Shown piece after piece: positions 22,301 through 35,874 of a DNA stretch of 64,000 bases. Position 1 is the stretch's first letter. Each line of letters opens with the position of its first letter. The translations under genes and the position numbers were made by a program. Origin of the DNA: Podarcis tiliguerta (Eukaryota); NCBI GenBank assembly GCA_965153285.1, contig OZ229115.1; one strand, 5' to 3'. The notes under the pieces were generated by a model, which did not search any database, was not told the DNA's origin, and saw only the letters and a program-made list of their open reading frames with translations.

Positions 22301-23902
22301 GTACTCTATTCAACATGAGTTTCTCATATAAAATACTGAATAAATAATAGTCTGGTAAATGTCTGGTACCTGAACAGAAGAGGAAAAAAGCCCAAGGGGA
22401 TTGAAGCAGCTTTTGTAGCTGATAGTTGGAGTTTGAACTTATGGGCAAGGAGAGCTGTCACAGATTGTCCTCAAGTCCTGCAGCTTTTGTTGAGGTTTGG
22501 CTTGGCCTCTGGCAAACCCTCCAAGTAGGTGCCACTTCTTTCCCCAAACTAAAATCAGACATAATTGTAGTTCTTTGCCCTGCCAGCCTGTCTTATCAAC
22601 TCAAAATATTTTCCTGGCCAGATGCTTGCGCTGCTGTCTAGCATCTTTCTACCATCCATTGTGACCCTTTCCTGTGCTACCTTCTATCCCCAGTTATCCA
22701 CATGTGGACAGACAATTTTACATGTTTTCAAGTACATTCGGGTGGCAAAGCTTAAGAGTAAATCAGGGATGGGGAATCTGTGGCCCTTCAAGGGTGGTTG
22801 GACTGCACTAATAAGGATGATGGGAATTGCAGTGCAACTGCACCTGGAGGGCCACAAGTTAACCACCTCTGATACAGCCACACTGTGTGCCTTTTTATCT
22901 TTATTTCATTAAGAATTGAACCCATTCACGGTTTCATCCAGTTATAAAATAGGCAGTATTCTTCTTTTGAATACTGTACAGCATTTCTCTTGACCAACGG
23001 AGCTTATCCTATGGCTTCTAATTTCACACTTCCCTCTCATGCCGATTTCTAGGATGAGCCCAGGGTCCTGGAGAACCCCATTGTTGTGCAGACTGTGGCT
23101 ACAGATGGCCAACGCTTCCATTTCCTGGTGTTCCAGTTGAATACAACAGATCTAGACTCTAGCAATGGTGTTAAAAACCTGGCCTGGATGGATGCAGATC
23201 ATCTTCTGTATGAGGATTTCAGGAGTCGTCCAGTAATCAAGAAGAAAGTTGTCCGGGTATGTTGATGAAGGTAGAATGACTTGCTGCCACAGGAGCTCCA
23301 TCTAGCTTTATAGTTTAGACAGAAAAACTTGGAGACCAAAATAACCTGAACCGTTAGAGGCTACATATTAATTCTCTGAAACTAGAATGGGGGGCATCCT
23401 GAACATCAGTAAGTTAGACTCTCAGTAGCACTGAGGTGCTTCATGCCCAGCACCCATGTGATTACTTGGAGTGCATTACAAGCAGAAATGACCAGTGTGT
23501 ATCATTGTAAAAGTACACGTAACTTCGTAACAGGCATGCACAGATACCTTAACGATAATGCCATACTCAAGGGCATGTTGGCTGATTAGAGCCTGGTTCT
23601 GACAACATCTCTTCAGGATATCCAAAAGTAAAACAAAACAAAACACAAAACCTTAAGTTGTTTGAATCCTTTTTATATCCTCTTCAAGAAATTGCTTCCT
23701 TTCCTTTGTTCCAGGGAAGGGACAGGATGAGAATAAACTTAAGATGGTATTTGAGCACAGTGAAATGTATTGCTGTATTAATGTGTATGACAGACATTGA
23801 AAATCCAAAATTTCCCCCCTACAGATTCCAGCTGGAATACATGGCTATCAACCAGACACATTCAAGAAGTTCCTGGCATTGTACTTGCATGGTGTCGTGT
23901 GA
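15892..23902 (+). CDS. MRPL37: Mitochondrial ribosomal protein L37 (mL37), complete spliced CDS (1305 nt, 434 aa)
   Basis: Exons 15892-16276, 17247-17430, 19844-19959, 21300-21485, 21702-21853, 23053-23256 and 23825-23902 are GT-AG with consistent phase. Diagnostic peptides include [43 protein letters not shown] and [12 protein letters not shown]. Confidence 0.96.
17247..17430 (+). CDS. MRPL37: MRPL37 exon 2 ([13 protein letters not shown]…PRETY)
   Basis: tgaag acceptor, donor TG|GTAAGT. Confidence 0.95.
19844..19959 (+). CDS. MRPL37: MRPL37 exon 3 ([12 protein letters not shown]…AAWER)
   Basis: T-rich tract plus tgaag acceptor, donor AG|GTATGT. Confidence 0.92.
21300..21485 (+). CDS. MRPL37: MRPL37 exon 4 (ESVLLQVRG…IKNDT)
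   Basis: Acceptor cctttacag, donor CAG|GTGAAT. Confidence 0.95.
21702..21853 (+). CDS. MRPL37: MRPL37 exon 5 ([12 protein letters not shown]…ELYG)
   Basis: Acceptor gctttag, donor GGG|GTGAGT. Confidence 0.95.
23053..23256 (+). CDS. MRPL37: MRPL37 exon 6 (DEPRVLENP…KKKVVR)
   Basis: Acceptor tttctag, donor CGG|GTATGT. Confidence 0.95.
23825..23902 (+). CDS. MRPL37: MRPL37 exon 7 ([25 protein letters not shown])
   Basis: Acceptor cccctacag; TGA at 23900-23902. Confidence 0.95.
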   Translation: MPAGIHGYQPDTFKKFLALYLHGVV

Positions 23903-23991
23903 GCAGAGCTCTGCCTTTGTTTCCTCCTGTAATGCATATGCTTACTGTGCAGTTAAGGGTTAGAGACTATTTAATTTTTTTTTTTTAAAAA

Positions 23992-23997
23992 AATAAA
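23992..23997 (+). terminator. MRPL37 polyadenylation signal AATAAA
   Basis: First AATAAA, about 90 nt after the stop, preceded by a T-rich tract. Confidence 0.7.
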
Positions 23998-25776
23998 GTT
24001 TCTTTATATATAAAAGTCACATGTAAATAATATTGTTTCAATCTGCTGTCAGAACATTTAACACCTTAATATTGGCGTTCATTTTGAATAATTAAGTGCC
24101 CGTGTTCTACTTTTACAAGAAAGAATGGAAAGCAAAATCTAGTTCTGCACTTAAGGCTAACAATACTTGGGCCATAATCCTGTCTTTCATCCTCATAGCA
24201 GCTGATCCCCACCCCACCCCCACCAAAAACACCCCAACTTAGGTTGAGTGACAATATTAATACAAGTTCTGGGGTGGCAGCAATCAAGTAATTCATTTTT
24301 ATGAAACATCTTCAGTTGCATTTGTTCAGTCATTAGGCAGTAGGTGACATTCTAGGGCTTCAAACAGCCAAGCTGAAAGTTGTTATTCCAAACAAGTACA
24401 GTATATAGTGTCTTAGTTGCAGAGGAAGAATTCTAAACAATGAGAGAACTAGTTGGGATTTAAGAAGATCAAATCTCTCAAATGTTTTGAAGGTTCATTT
24501 AGACCATAATGATACACACACCAAGGATGTATACCAGTAGTAGTATGATGTATATTATGATGTCTATAAAGAGGTCTGTGTCGTTGATACATTCAGGAAG
24601 TTGTTTTTTTAAAAAAGCAAGCTTCCTTTAGAAAAAGAATCTTAAGTTTCTCAAATCTAACTTGACAATAAATTAAGTGAGACAAAGTTTTTTTAAAAAA
24701 TCTCTAAAATTCATCAGAAGCAGGAAACTGAACAAAGCTATTTGGGTTGCTAGAAAACAAATGGGTGAAGAGTGATTAAAGCAGCAAAATTGAATAAATT
24801 CACTGCATATAGTCAACAGTGGAAGACGTAGGACAGAGACTTGTGCCTGAACTTCCAGGGAGGGAGTGTAAAGAACTCAGAGTGGCCAAGAAATGAAGTG
24901 CTTGGGAAAGGGTAGTTGTTGTGCAGTGTACTTCCCACCTTCCCTAACCATTAGTCACTCTGGCTAGGGCTGATAGAAATAGTAGTCTGCAACATCTGGA
25001 GAGCGCCATGTTGACTCTCAATGTTCTTCTAAAGTTAGATGGCATTAGCTATTTGCTACTATAGTCTAATGTAGCACTTCTAAAAAGGGAGCAGGATCAT
25101 GCAAATTGGAAGTTAGTTAGCTTATCATCTGGGCCAGGTCAACTGGTAGAGAGCATTATTAAAAGATCATTTAAGAATCAACATGGTTTCTGCCACGGAT
25201 AGTTCTTCAGTAGATTCCTGAGCAAACTTCACCGCTATGGGATAAAATGACAAGTCCTCATGGATGGGTAACTGGTTGGTAACAACAACATTATTTATAC
25301 CCCTCCCATCGGGCTGGGTTTCCCCAGGACACTGAGAGCGAGAATAAGTGAATGGTCCTCTTGTTGGAGGGAAGAAAGAAGTAGAGCTCTCCATATCTGC
25401 ATTGATATGCACTTACCAGCTGAATTATATTTTTGAGCTTAACAAAGTACAACCACAGTGCTGCTAAAGATGAAACATGTTCCCAACAAATGATTGGATC
25501 TAGCATTTGGGGTCTTTTCATGAAAAAAAATATGTAAGATTTGTGCTTGGTGGGGAGAAAGTGGATAGTTTCCTGCTTATCGGGATTCAGCAAAGAGACC
25601 CATTAGCAGTTGGTCCAGGACAGACAAAAGAAAATTCTTCTCATGAAGAAAAACTTTTGGAATTCGTTGACAAGATGCAACAAGCGCTAACTTAGATGGC
25701 TTTAAAAGATTGTAGAACAACTCTGTGAACAATTACTAGTGGTGATGATGATGGTGGCTATAGGCAATCTCTAGGT

Positions 25777-25985
25777 CAGAGCTTTCCAAACTTTTATTCT
25801 TGGTGACAAACATTTTAGACATGCATCATTTTGCAACTATGTTAATTCAGCTTTGCTGGCAAACTAGAGGTTAAACTAACCCCTTTCCAGCCCCTTGGGG
25901 AACGCAGGGAGCATTCACACGACACACCTTACACATTGCAGCTGACACACTAACGTGTTGTGAGACAAGAGTTTGAAAAGCTCTG
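25777..25985. mobile_element. hAT-type MITE (209 bp)
   Basis: TIRs cagagctttccaaact / agtttgaaaagctctg with a perfect 8-bp TSD ctctaggt (25769-25776 and 25986-25993), inserted in an older LINE-tail fragment. Confidence 0.85.
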
Positions 25986-28900
25986 CTCTAGGTTCAAATG
26001 CCTCCAAGGACCAGTTGCTAGTGAGTAACAGCAGTAGAGAGGACTGCTTTCATATGCTTAAGGTCTAGCCAGAGGCTTTTGGTTGGTCACTGGGAAAGAG
26101 GGGACCAGTCAGCTCCTGAGAAGTTCTTAGGGGGGTAAGAGGAAACAACAGGATGTAGAGGCTTGCCATGTTACTGTGCTGCATCTGCTGGCACATTCCC
26201 CATCTTTTCTGTAGAAGAATGTAAATCTTTTGAAAAGATAATGGCATGCACCCAAAAGGGACAGAGCTCCCTAAGCAAGAGAGGTTGCACCACCCTACTG
26301 CATAGCTGCAGTTTGCTTCTGATCAAGCAAGAAGCAGCAAAACTTTGACAAAGCAATTCTGCTTACAGGAAAGCTAGTTGTAGAAAAAAAATATTTCCAA
26401 CTGAAACATTGTGAGCTTCTTAATTAATTGTGCTTGTCCAAGAAACAGAAAATTCTTTTCGGCTTGGTTGAATTTTATTATTTGCATAGAACTGAGGAGA
26501 AAATCTATTTTACAACCTCATCTTTATGTAGCTAATAATATACTAGCTGCAGGAGGCTTTCCAACATGTTACTGTCAGGTCTTGCTAGGGATGTCAACAG
26601 CAATTGCCTGTGTGATGCTGGATACATCATCTTAACACGCCACAGGCCCTCAAAACTGGCATCTCTTTGCCACTTCAGGACTGGATGGATTTTGACAGAT
26701 GTAGAACTGACTTGTGATGCAGGGGAGCTATCCGATACCAGAGATTTCCAGCTAGCACGATGGTAGCACTCGGCAGCTCCTCAGCCACAGCGAGCAAGCC
26801 ATCAGACAATGGCTACACAAGGCCTAGTGCTATACAGGGAGACCTGGCTGAGCGGTTTGTGTCTCTTAGATATGAAAAGAAAACGCATCAACAAAACCAC
26901 CAGGAACAATCTGTATTCTCAACACGCCTTTCCACCCTCTTGTTTCCCTCTGTTATGAGCACAGACAAATGCTCTCTCCTCCTACAGTTTCTATACTACG
27001 GTGACAATTCTAAGGCTAGGCCCCAGGGACCTGCCAGAGTGTTTGTGATAGGCTTTTGAAGTTGCTCCCACTCGTTGATCTCTTTGTCTGAACTGTTTCA
27101 ACAGGTATGCATGGCTCAGATAAAACACAGTGCATGATGAAGCCTGTATGCTGTTCAAGGGGAGAATTGTTTCTTAAAACAGCATGTTCCCTTGATGTGA
27201 AGCTAGTATGAAATCAAACTCTGCAGGCTGTGCTAATAGCTCTACCAGGGGTTTGCATGTGCCCACAAACAACTCAATCTTAGACTTCAGTTGCACACAT
27301 TCTTCCTGTACTCCCTAACAGGGAAAAAGGAAAATGGGAAATGAACGCGTTGCACAATTGGCGTTTCGTTTTTATCTCATCTAAGGCCAGCTTGGGACAG
27401 GCTCTTGCCACCTACCATTTGTAGTCCAGCGCTAGACTGAGGACAATGATCCCCCTGGGTGTTCTGAAATAGAATTAGCATAACCAAATAATAGACATTC
27501 ATCACCACCACCCACACATCAGAATAGCTACCAGTGTTATGACCAAGTAATATTTGTTATTCCGTATGCTCTAGAACCATAAACCAGCAGGTTTTTATAC
27601 TATAAACTTCTAATGCTTTAGCTAAAGTACTCTAAAACCCAGCAAACACCTTCACTGCAAAAACGGATCTAAACAAAATTCCCAGTTTCACAGCAAAACA
27701 TTACATTAAAAAATTCTGCAATTTATATCGTAGGAAGGAATGTAAAGTCAGATTTCTGATGACGCTTTTTTTTTAAAAAAAAGGTTTGAAGTGTATAGCT
27801 TTTACTACGGTGGGGTAGAGGTGGGGAATTGGGATAACTTTAAATCCATTCTCTTTGTTTGTTAATGACTTAAACAACCTCCTCCCAAACTATTACAGAA
27901 GGAAGCAAGGAGAGCAACAGCTACAAGAGCGCTGGCAAGATGCAGGATTGGCCATAGGGACCCTGCTGAACAGCTGGCCGGTGGCAATTCCAACAGCTGC
28001 ACGCTGGCTGGTACAAAGGAGATGCTGCGTACAAATGAAAGTGCAAGAGAGCAGCAGAACCAATGAGTGGCTCCCCTAGGGCCACTGAACCGGTGGTCCT
28101 GGATTAAGAGATTAAGAGAAAGGAATCGGAGAGCTGCCTTGGGGGTTCACTGAAAACACCTGCAAGTGCATTTAGCCTTCGCAAGTAGTCCAAGGGTTGA
28201 GGCAGGGCTTAGGGCCTGTCAGCAGCTTGAAGAATAAAAAGCAGCTGTGGGGAGCAGCACATCACATCTCTTGGGCCGTTTCTATAGTCTCTGCGGGTGC
28301 CCAGTCTTAAGCAAACCATTGCTTAAGGCTGGACAAACAGTGTCAAAGTGCAAGTCAGCAAAGCATGTGATCCTATGGTTAATAATCCTAATGAATATTA
28401 AGTTGTAACTCCCCACAATGCTTCCACCGTAGGGGAGAAGAACATTTGGGGCTACCCAGCCAGATGGTATAAATAATAAATTATTATAATATTACTACTA
28501 CTACTACAAAAGCCAGAAGACCCAACCATTTAAAGTCATCTGGCTTTCTTAACTGGGGACTTTGAAGAAACAGCTGGATTAATACATTTCATTTCATTTC
28601 ATTTCTGCTGTGGGGGGACGACATATCTTCAGTAATGAGATAATTGGAAGCCTGTCTTCTGTAACAGATCAACAGATAGTTGATGGATTGCCCTGCTCAT
28701 AAAAATATACCACTTCCAGTTACCAGAACAAATACGAAGCCCAAATCCTGCTATTTAATCTTAAATTTAGACAAGCTGCTATTACGTTATTTGGAGGAAG
28801 ACAGGAGTATAACAAGCAAATGGTTAATACCTGTAGCCGTCAGTGGAATTTGCTGTGATGGATGTGTGTGTGTCTATATAAAACCATGGCCTACCATGTT

Positions 28901-30573
28901 TAAATGGATCCTAGTTCTATGGCTTCCACAAAGTGCTAAATAGGCAAACATGCCCAGGGATAGCCTTAGGCAAGCTGATGGTTTGGTGGAGGCCAAATCT
29001 AGAGAGAAATAGGGAGAAAGGCATTAGCTACCAAATCTAGGGTCTCAGGCAATTCTCCCTTTACTCCCATAGCCTTTACCTGGGAGGTGAAGACAGAACA
29101 TACCTGCCCCTCAAGATTCTGCTGGGCTCTAATCAGCCATGCAATGGGCTTTTGGTTTGACCAATGCCAGCATCAATAGTAAGGGGCAGCTGAGACAGGC
29201 ATTGGGCTGGAGCAGGAGAAGAAGTCTCCCTTCTGTGAGGAGAAAGGGCCAGAAGAGGTTCTTAAAAGAAATAAGAAAGTGGAACAAAAGATTAATATTT
29301 AATCAAAATAAACTGAAGATATGTTATTGGAAAAAATGTTATAGGTAGAAATTAGTGAATGTCTAATTAACAGGGAGGAGGGATGAAAAAAACCCTGGCA
29401 GCTGAGGGGGATGGATAAGGTACAAAGCCGAGCATGAAGGGAAGGTGGGGGGTATGGTATGAGAGATGGGTAAAAATTCATTGAAATGCATGTGGAGATG
29501 AGATGGACACATGCCTTTTAGAACCTTTGGATCAGCAGAGTCTGACTAAAATGGAGAGGCTGTTAATAGCTCCAGAGCAAGACAGAGCTATGGAACTCCT
29601 TGCCACAAGGAAAACAGTGGTAAAGAATGCAGTGGCAAAGTATCCGATGCTAGATTAGCTCTTAGCTGAAAATGATGTCAGTAATTGCTGGCTGATTATA
29701 TAAAAAGCCACCTGTCTCCATTTCATGACTGGCACTGCCCTTGCACTACCATTTTGAGAGTGGGGGGCAGTGGTCATTTTCAAACACCTCAAGTGGGCTG
29801 TGGGGGAAGGAAGTTTGAGAACCCCTGGATTATGCCACAGATGTACAAGGTGGCTTCATGCATGTGGCATGCCTAGATAACACACGTCAGTGATTATCAA
29901 GTTTTATCACTACAAAGCATAGGATGCAGAAGTGGGCATTGTAATTAGCACTCAGAAAATGTCAGTCTTTTGGTACTTTTCGCTCATGTAGTTAAAAAGA
30001 TAGGCTTGATAGTCCTCAGGCAATGCCTGTTTAAATCTTGCAAGCAGAGAAGCACAGCAGGCTGCCATCACAATGTAGTATTCACTTGCGCAGTAGAACT
30101 TCCCCCATCCCTTTCTCCACATGCCTCAGAACAGATATAGGGAGGATGTGGGGAGAGGGGAGGGGGACTTCTGTTGCACAAGCAAGCAAGGTAGTCAGAT
30201 ACTGCCCAGAGCTTGAAATGCTTTGTCCCTCTCTGATCCCTAATAGGATCAGAATAAATTATGTATGAATAAATTTTGCGAAACACAGCTTAGTGCAATA
30301 TTTTGGTACATTTTAAAAGAAGGCCCTCCATACAGCTTGTGAGCAAAATACTTGAAATGCTGACCCCAAGAGAGGCTGTAACTCTACTGCACGAGTATTC
30401 ATCAACTGCCTTGCTCCCTGTCCCTGGGATGAATCAGGATTTAAGTGTTGCTGAGTCCAAGTGCCGTGTTGTTTAGATGTGAAAAGGTAATACATGGAGG
30501 GCTGGATTCAGCGGGTCTCGCTAGCGGAAGCCCATGCAAGGTCTACTGCTAGTACAACGGGGCTGCTCCCCCA

Positions 30574-30640
30574 TGTTGTTGTTTAGTCATTTAGTCGTGC
30601 CTACTCTTCGTGACCCCATGGACCAGAGCACGCCGGGACC
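30574..30640 (-). mobile_element. RTE/BovB-type 3' tail fragment
   Basis: tgttgttgtttagtcatttagtcgtgcctactcttcgtgaccccatggac resembles the reverse-complemented BovB 3' end (recalled similarity). Confidence 0.6.
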
Positions 30641-30896
30641 ATATGCCCCCCCAAATTCCCTGGAGGTTTTTTCTGCGAGAATCACCAGAACAGCATGCAG
30701 GAGATTGTTCTACCAGGCAAGCAAAAATGCTTTGAGCTGAGCTGACAAGAGCAATTAGCACCATTTTGAATTCCTCCCAGTATTGCTCTCTGTGTAAAAA
30801 AAATACTTGGGAGAAGTCAGACCATTCTGGGAGTCCTTATGCTAGAGAACCAGGAGGGAGGAAGCAGTGTTGCAGGCCTGCACTTAAGCTGGAAAA

Positions 30897-31615
30897 ACCA
30901 GACAAATATAGGATGGGGGACACCTCGCTTACTAGCAGTACATGTGAAAAGGATCTAGGGGTCTTGGTAGACCACAAGCTTAACGTGAGTCAACAGTGTG
31001 ATGCAGCAGCAAAAAAAAGCTAATGCTATTCTAGGCTGCATCAACAGAAGTATAGTGTCCACATCTGGGGAAGTAATAGCCCCACTCTATTCTGCCTTGG
31101 TCAGACCCCACCTGGAACACTGTGTCCAATTCTGGGCACCACAATTTAAGAAGTTATGTTGACAAGCTGGAACATGTGCAGAGGAGGGCAACCAAGATGA
31201 TCAAGGGTCTGGAAACCAAGCCTTACGAGGAGCGCTTGAAGGAGCTAGGTATGTTTATTCTGGGAAAGAGGAGACAGAGAGGAGATATGAAAGCCATCTT
31301 CAAATATTTTAAGGGCTGTCACATGGAAGGGGGAGCAAGCTTGTTTTCTCCTGCTCTAGAGGTTAGGACTCAAACCAATGGCTTCAAGTTATAAGCAGGG
31401 AGATCCCGACTAAACATCCGGGAAAACTTTCTGATGTAAGAGCTGTTGCAGTGGAAAAGACTCGCACGAGAGGTGGTGGACTGTCCTTCCTTGCAGGTTT
31501 TTAAGCAGAGGTTGGATGGCCACCTGCCATGGATGCTTTAGCTGAGATTCCTGCATTGTAGGGAGGTGGACTAGATGGCCCTTGGGGTCCCATCCAACCT
31601 TTAAGATTCTATGAC
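30897..31615 (+). mobile_element. CR1 LINE, 5'-truncated (about 720 bp)
   Basis: RT C-terminal remnants [24 protein letters not shown] and LEHVQRRATKMIKGLETKPYEERLKELG with frameshifts; ends in a gattctatga tail. Confidence 0.93.
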
Positions 31616-32517
31616 TAGCAGCTGCTGCTGAAAATGAATTCTAGTGCTGCAAGACATTGCCCAGGTTTTTGTTACATGCACTGGGCAGTTTTCCACACTG
31701 CCGGTTGCGTGACTGAGCTCCGAACTGCAAGTGGAAAGACCAACACTGCTTTCAAAACAAGATTACAAAAGTGCACGGAGTTTTGTACAACCACACCACT
31801 ACGTTGCTTGAACGGTGGGTGCTGTGTTTACTTATCCAACTAATCCTGATGTGCAGCATCCATAGTCAGCGTTCTCAGATGGCCAGCAGCTGTTGGATGT
31901 GCTCATACTATAACGGCACAAGGACTTCCTTCTCACACGATGAGACGAGCTGCAAAGACCACTGCTGCAAAAATTACTCTTCATCTCCGTAATGTTTCTC
32001 CACACCAGAGAGAAGCAAGCTGGGAATTAACTGCTGTGGGAGCAACCCACTATAGAGGTGGATCTGCTCCTCAGCATCAGCTTGTAGGCACAGCAGCCTC
32101 TGGCCTTCCTTCACATCCTTTTGAGTGGTTATGCCTGGCTTGAAGGTGTCCTTGAACTCTGATCTCCTGCTCACTTTGATGGACGACAGAGAATGGTGTG
32201 TGAGCATGTGTAGAAACTAGCCCAGTACAAAAAGGTTCACACCCATTGCTCCACCTACTTTTTCCTCTGGCTCCACCCACCATTACCATGTGGCCCTTTG
32301 GAAGGCGACCCAGAAGAGGATGCAGCCCTTGGGGGTCCCCCCACCCCCACCCCTGTGGCACCACATACGGCTAGAGGGACCTCTTCGCCATCTTCCCTGC
32401 AAAGGCCTGGGAGCGACTAAACAGCCAGTCACCTATGCAAAAAATAGCTTCAACTGACCAGGTAGTGGAGCTCTTGTGAACTGGAAGAATTTTTTCTTCT
32501 GTCAGCTTTTCAATGTA

Positions 32518-32743
32518 CAGCGGTACCTCGGGTTAAGTACTTAATTCGTTCCTGAGGTCCATTCTTAACCTGAAACTGTTCTTAACCTGAAGCACCACTT
32601 TAGCTAATGGGGCCTCCTGCTGCCGCCGCGCCGCCAGAGTACGATTTCTGTTCTCATCCTGAAGCAAAGTTCTTAACCTGAAGCACTATTTCTGGGTTAG
32701 CGGAGTCTGTAACCTGAAGCGTATGTAACCCAAGGTACCACTG
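32518..32743. mobile_element. Tc1/mariner (Tigger-like) MITE, copy 1
   Basis: TA|cagcggtacctcgggtta…taacccaaggtaccactg|TA with internal taacctgaa repeats; closely similar to 56275-56492. Confidence 0.88.
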
Positions 32744-33859
32744 TACTACAAAATAACTACCAACATAAATAGGTATGGCTAGGCAGACCTGGCACCTTCC
32801 CTGCATATATTTGCAACTTGTATAGCTGAAACAATATCCCGCACAGAGATTCTTGGGCCAGGATGTGCAGAACTATACCACAGGCAATCCCAAAGAGCTG
32901 GTATATTTTCCTTCGTTTCAAAAGCAGCTTAATGAAACTCTCTTTCAGGAATGGCTTGCCATTTAGAAAGGAGCTGTGTCGTTGGAGAAGTCCAAAGCTC
33001 CCAGAGGTGAGCAAAAGTAGGTCACAACACCCTTAGATAGCAACTTCTTCCACAAGTATGACGATGCCACCCTGAAGGCAGTAATCCAGGCTTCCTCCAC
33101 TGACAATCACACGGGTACAGCCATACCTCACAGATCACAACAGCGCAAGCCTTTTCGGGCGAACGGTGTCAAACTCAACACCACTGCAGGTTCATTTTTT
33201 GATTCTTGTGAGCAGCTAGCAGGAAGGACCACTGAGGACGTCTGCTGTTTTAAAAACACATGGTAGTTTTTCTGGAGGTCTGCTTATAACCCTTATTTCT
33301 AGGAGCTTTAGAACTGCTGCCACCATCTTGAATGGCCTTTTTTTCTGCCTAAAGCAAAGGACAAGATGGCACACATAAACAAGCACTCTACTCCACGCTC
33401 ACAAGCAGCTCATTATCTCGCTATCTCAACACTGCCAATGGGACAGTGTCCTTCTTTCAAGGGCAGGAGTTTGGGTTACTTCCAACAGAAGGAAACAGCT
33501 TAGAGAGCTGCTGCCCCCAAAGATCTGCCACCTGAGGCAGCTGTCTCACTCTGTCTAATAGTAGGGCTGGATTTGCTGTTCCTCCATTGTCTGATATACT
33601 GTTCTCAAGCTACTTTTCCTATGCATTTTCGATATTGACTGAACAGGATAATAATGTCTTAAAAACGAATGTGGCGGCCGGAGCCTGGAATCCAACAGAC
33701 TTATAACCTTTGTGACAAGCAGTTAGCTGTGTCTTCAGAATAACGAACGCAGCCGATGACCATAGACTACACCCCAAGCCATCTCTTCTGGAACCACTGC
33801 AGGCATGAGAGTCAGAAGACAGCTGCTACGACAGTAACAAACAGCAAGGGACTGAAATC

Positions 33860-35844
33860 AAATGTTTATATTTATTACAGCATGGGGGGAAAGGGAGAGG
33901 AGAGGGTCTTGATTCATCTTTTAAAAACCACCCCGAACCAATGAAGACAATAATTTAGCTATCACTTTAATACAATGAAACCTGTCAGTTATCCTTTAAA
34001 AAAAATAGAAAGGGTGCTGCATTAGCAATGGGACAAATTGGTTTGCTGGTTTATCCCCCCCGCCACCCCACTTTTAAATATTTTCTTGACTGAGAGACCA
34101 ACCATTTGTCAACCCCACCCCCACCCCATCATATTTCTACAAAGAAAACACAATTAAAATGCCTAAGAAAAAGGCAAACATTAAAAAAAGTCATCGTACT
34201 ACTAAAAAAGTTTGTCAATTCACATAGTTTTTGTTTTCAGTCAGAATAATAAAAAGCCAATGTTTCCCCCCCAAAAAAACCAAACAAAAAAAATAAAACA
34301 TTTCGTTAAGGGGTGCGGAAAAAAGACATCCCTTTAATAAAACATTATCAACAAATATCGTACACAAACTACAATGTATAATAATTACTTTTCTTTTCCC
34401 TCGCTTAATTTTAGAACCAGACTACAAGGTAAGAAAAAACACTGAAACAAGATACAATGTTCTCAAGAATCCGCACAAAGGTAGGTAAATCCAGGGGAAG
34501 ATAATATTTTACATAATATGAAATACATAGATCAGAAGTGAAGTTTTTTCTTCTTTTTATATAAAACAAAGACCAGCTACAAGGGAGTGTAATGTACAGA
34601 GATCCCAAGACTTGCGAGTTTCACTATACATTGTATGCTTTTCTGTAGTCACCTCTACCATGAGAAGGTAAGGGTTTTTTTTTTTTTAATTTTGCTTTTA
34701 ATTACAGAGTAAGAGAGAGAGAGAGAGAGCCTACAGAATAGCAAGTATACATTTTAACAACAATAATTACTTAAAAATATCTCCATCCAGTTTCAGAGCA
34801 TATACAGTGAAACCCTAATAAGATCACATCATTTCATTAAAACAAAAAACAAATGTTAAGAAGTTTGCGCTCACAGTTTTCGTGTCCCAGGTCAAGTTTT
34901 TAACCCCTTTCCCTTTCAATTCTGGTGGACCAACACCTCCCCAACATAAAAAATAAAATACCACGTACCCTAACCCCACCTACCCACCCACCCCCGGAAT
35001 TTTTGACACTTCAAAAGTTTTGCAAAAGGGGAGTTAATAACATTTCTTTGTAATTTGGGGGGAAGGACAAGGGAGGGAGGGGGCTAATACAGTGCATGCC
35101 ACAGTCACAGATACCAAGATCACAATTAAAAGTTTTGGAGGATGTGATCCTACAAGGGAGCCAAGCTGCATTACGCAACTGAGAATGAGGCAGAAGAAAT
35201 CTGTTCCACTTGGATCTTCCTTGCTGGAGAATGTTTTGTGCTGCAAAACATCAAATGCGGGGGGGAACAAAAACCAACCAAAACAAAAAGAAGTTGGGGT
35301 GAGGGGGGGGGGGAGAGAGGGAGGAAGTGGTCTTCCGAACAAAACCCACCAATTTATATATAAAAAAAACCAAACTCTCCAGTTTTATTAATTATTTTAA
35401 AATGGCTACAGAGACAACATGAGATTTCATATCTAGACTAGCTTCCTTGCGTAGCACAGCACAAACATACAACAGGTTTAAAAGAATAATCAAGCAAAGG
35501 AGGTTGGAAATCGGGTGCTAGAGGCTTTTGTTTTGTTTCAAAAAAAAAAATAATCAACAAAAAAGTGTCATGTACATAGAATAAACCCTTCTTCTGCAGA
35601 AGGATCTGGTCATGTCTTGAAATATTTTAAAGATTTGTCCTTCATTGTTTTATGGAATAAAAAGTTCAGCCTTTTTATTGCATGAAACTAAAAATCAGGG
35701 GTGGGTCTCCCCCCGGCTCTCTGCATGTCTCCCTGCCAAGCACACCTAGATTCTCTTCTTGCATAATTTCTTGAGATCCTCCAAATGGCAGCCGACTTTT
35801 TCTTTATCCTGGAGAAGAGGATGCGGGGTGAGGGAGGAGGGAAA
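33860..35844 (-). other. SSBP3: SSBP3 3' UTR with tandem AATAAA signals
   Basis: A U-rich stretch of about 2 kb after the stop, with no recognisable transposon. Minus-strand AATAAA occurs at 35679-35674, 35389-35384 and 33876-33871. The distal end is inferred. Confidence 0.6.
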
Positions 35845-35874
35845 TCACACACTCATCGTCATGCTGGGAGAATA
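35845..35874 (-). CDS. SSBP3: SSBP3 last coding exon YSPSMTMSV*
   Basis: gcccag| acceptor; TGA at 35847-35845. Confidence 0.95.
   Translation of the reverse strand, partial: YSPSMTMSV

Noticed and set aside
30766-31394. Reverse-transcriptase-like ORFs as genes
   Set aside because: They are a frameshifted, 5'-truncated CR1 remnant.
32560-32725. Regularly recurring taacctgaa units resembling a CRISPR-like array
   Set aside because: They are subterminal repeats of a TA-flanked MITE in a eukaryotic genome, with irregular spacing and no cas genes.
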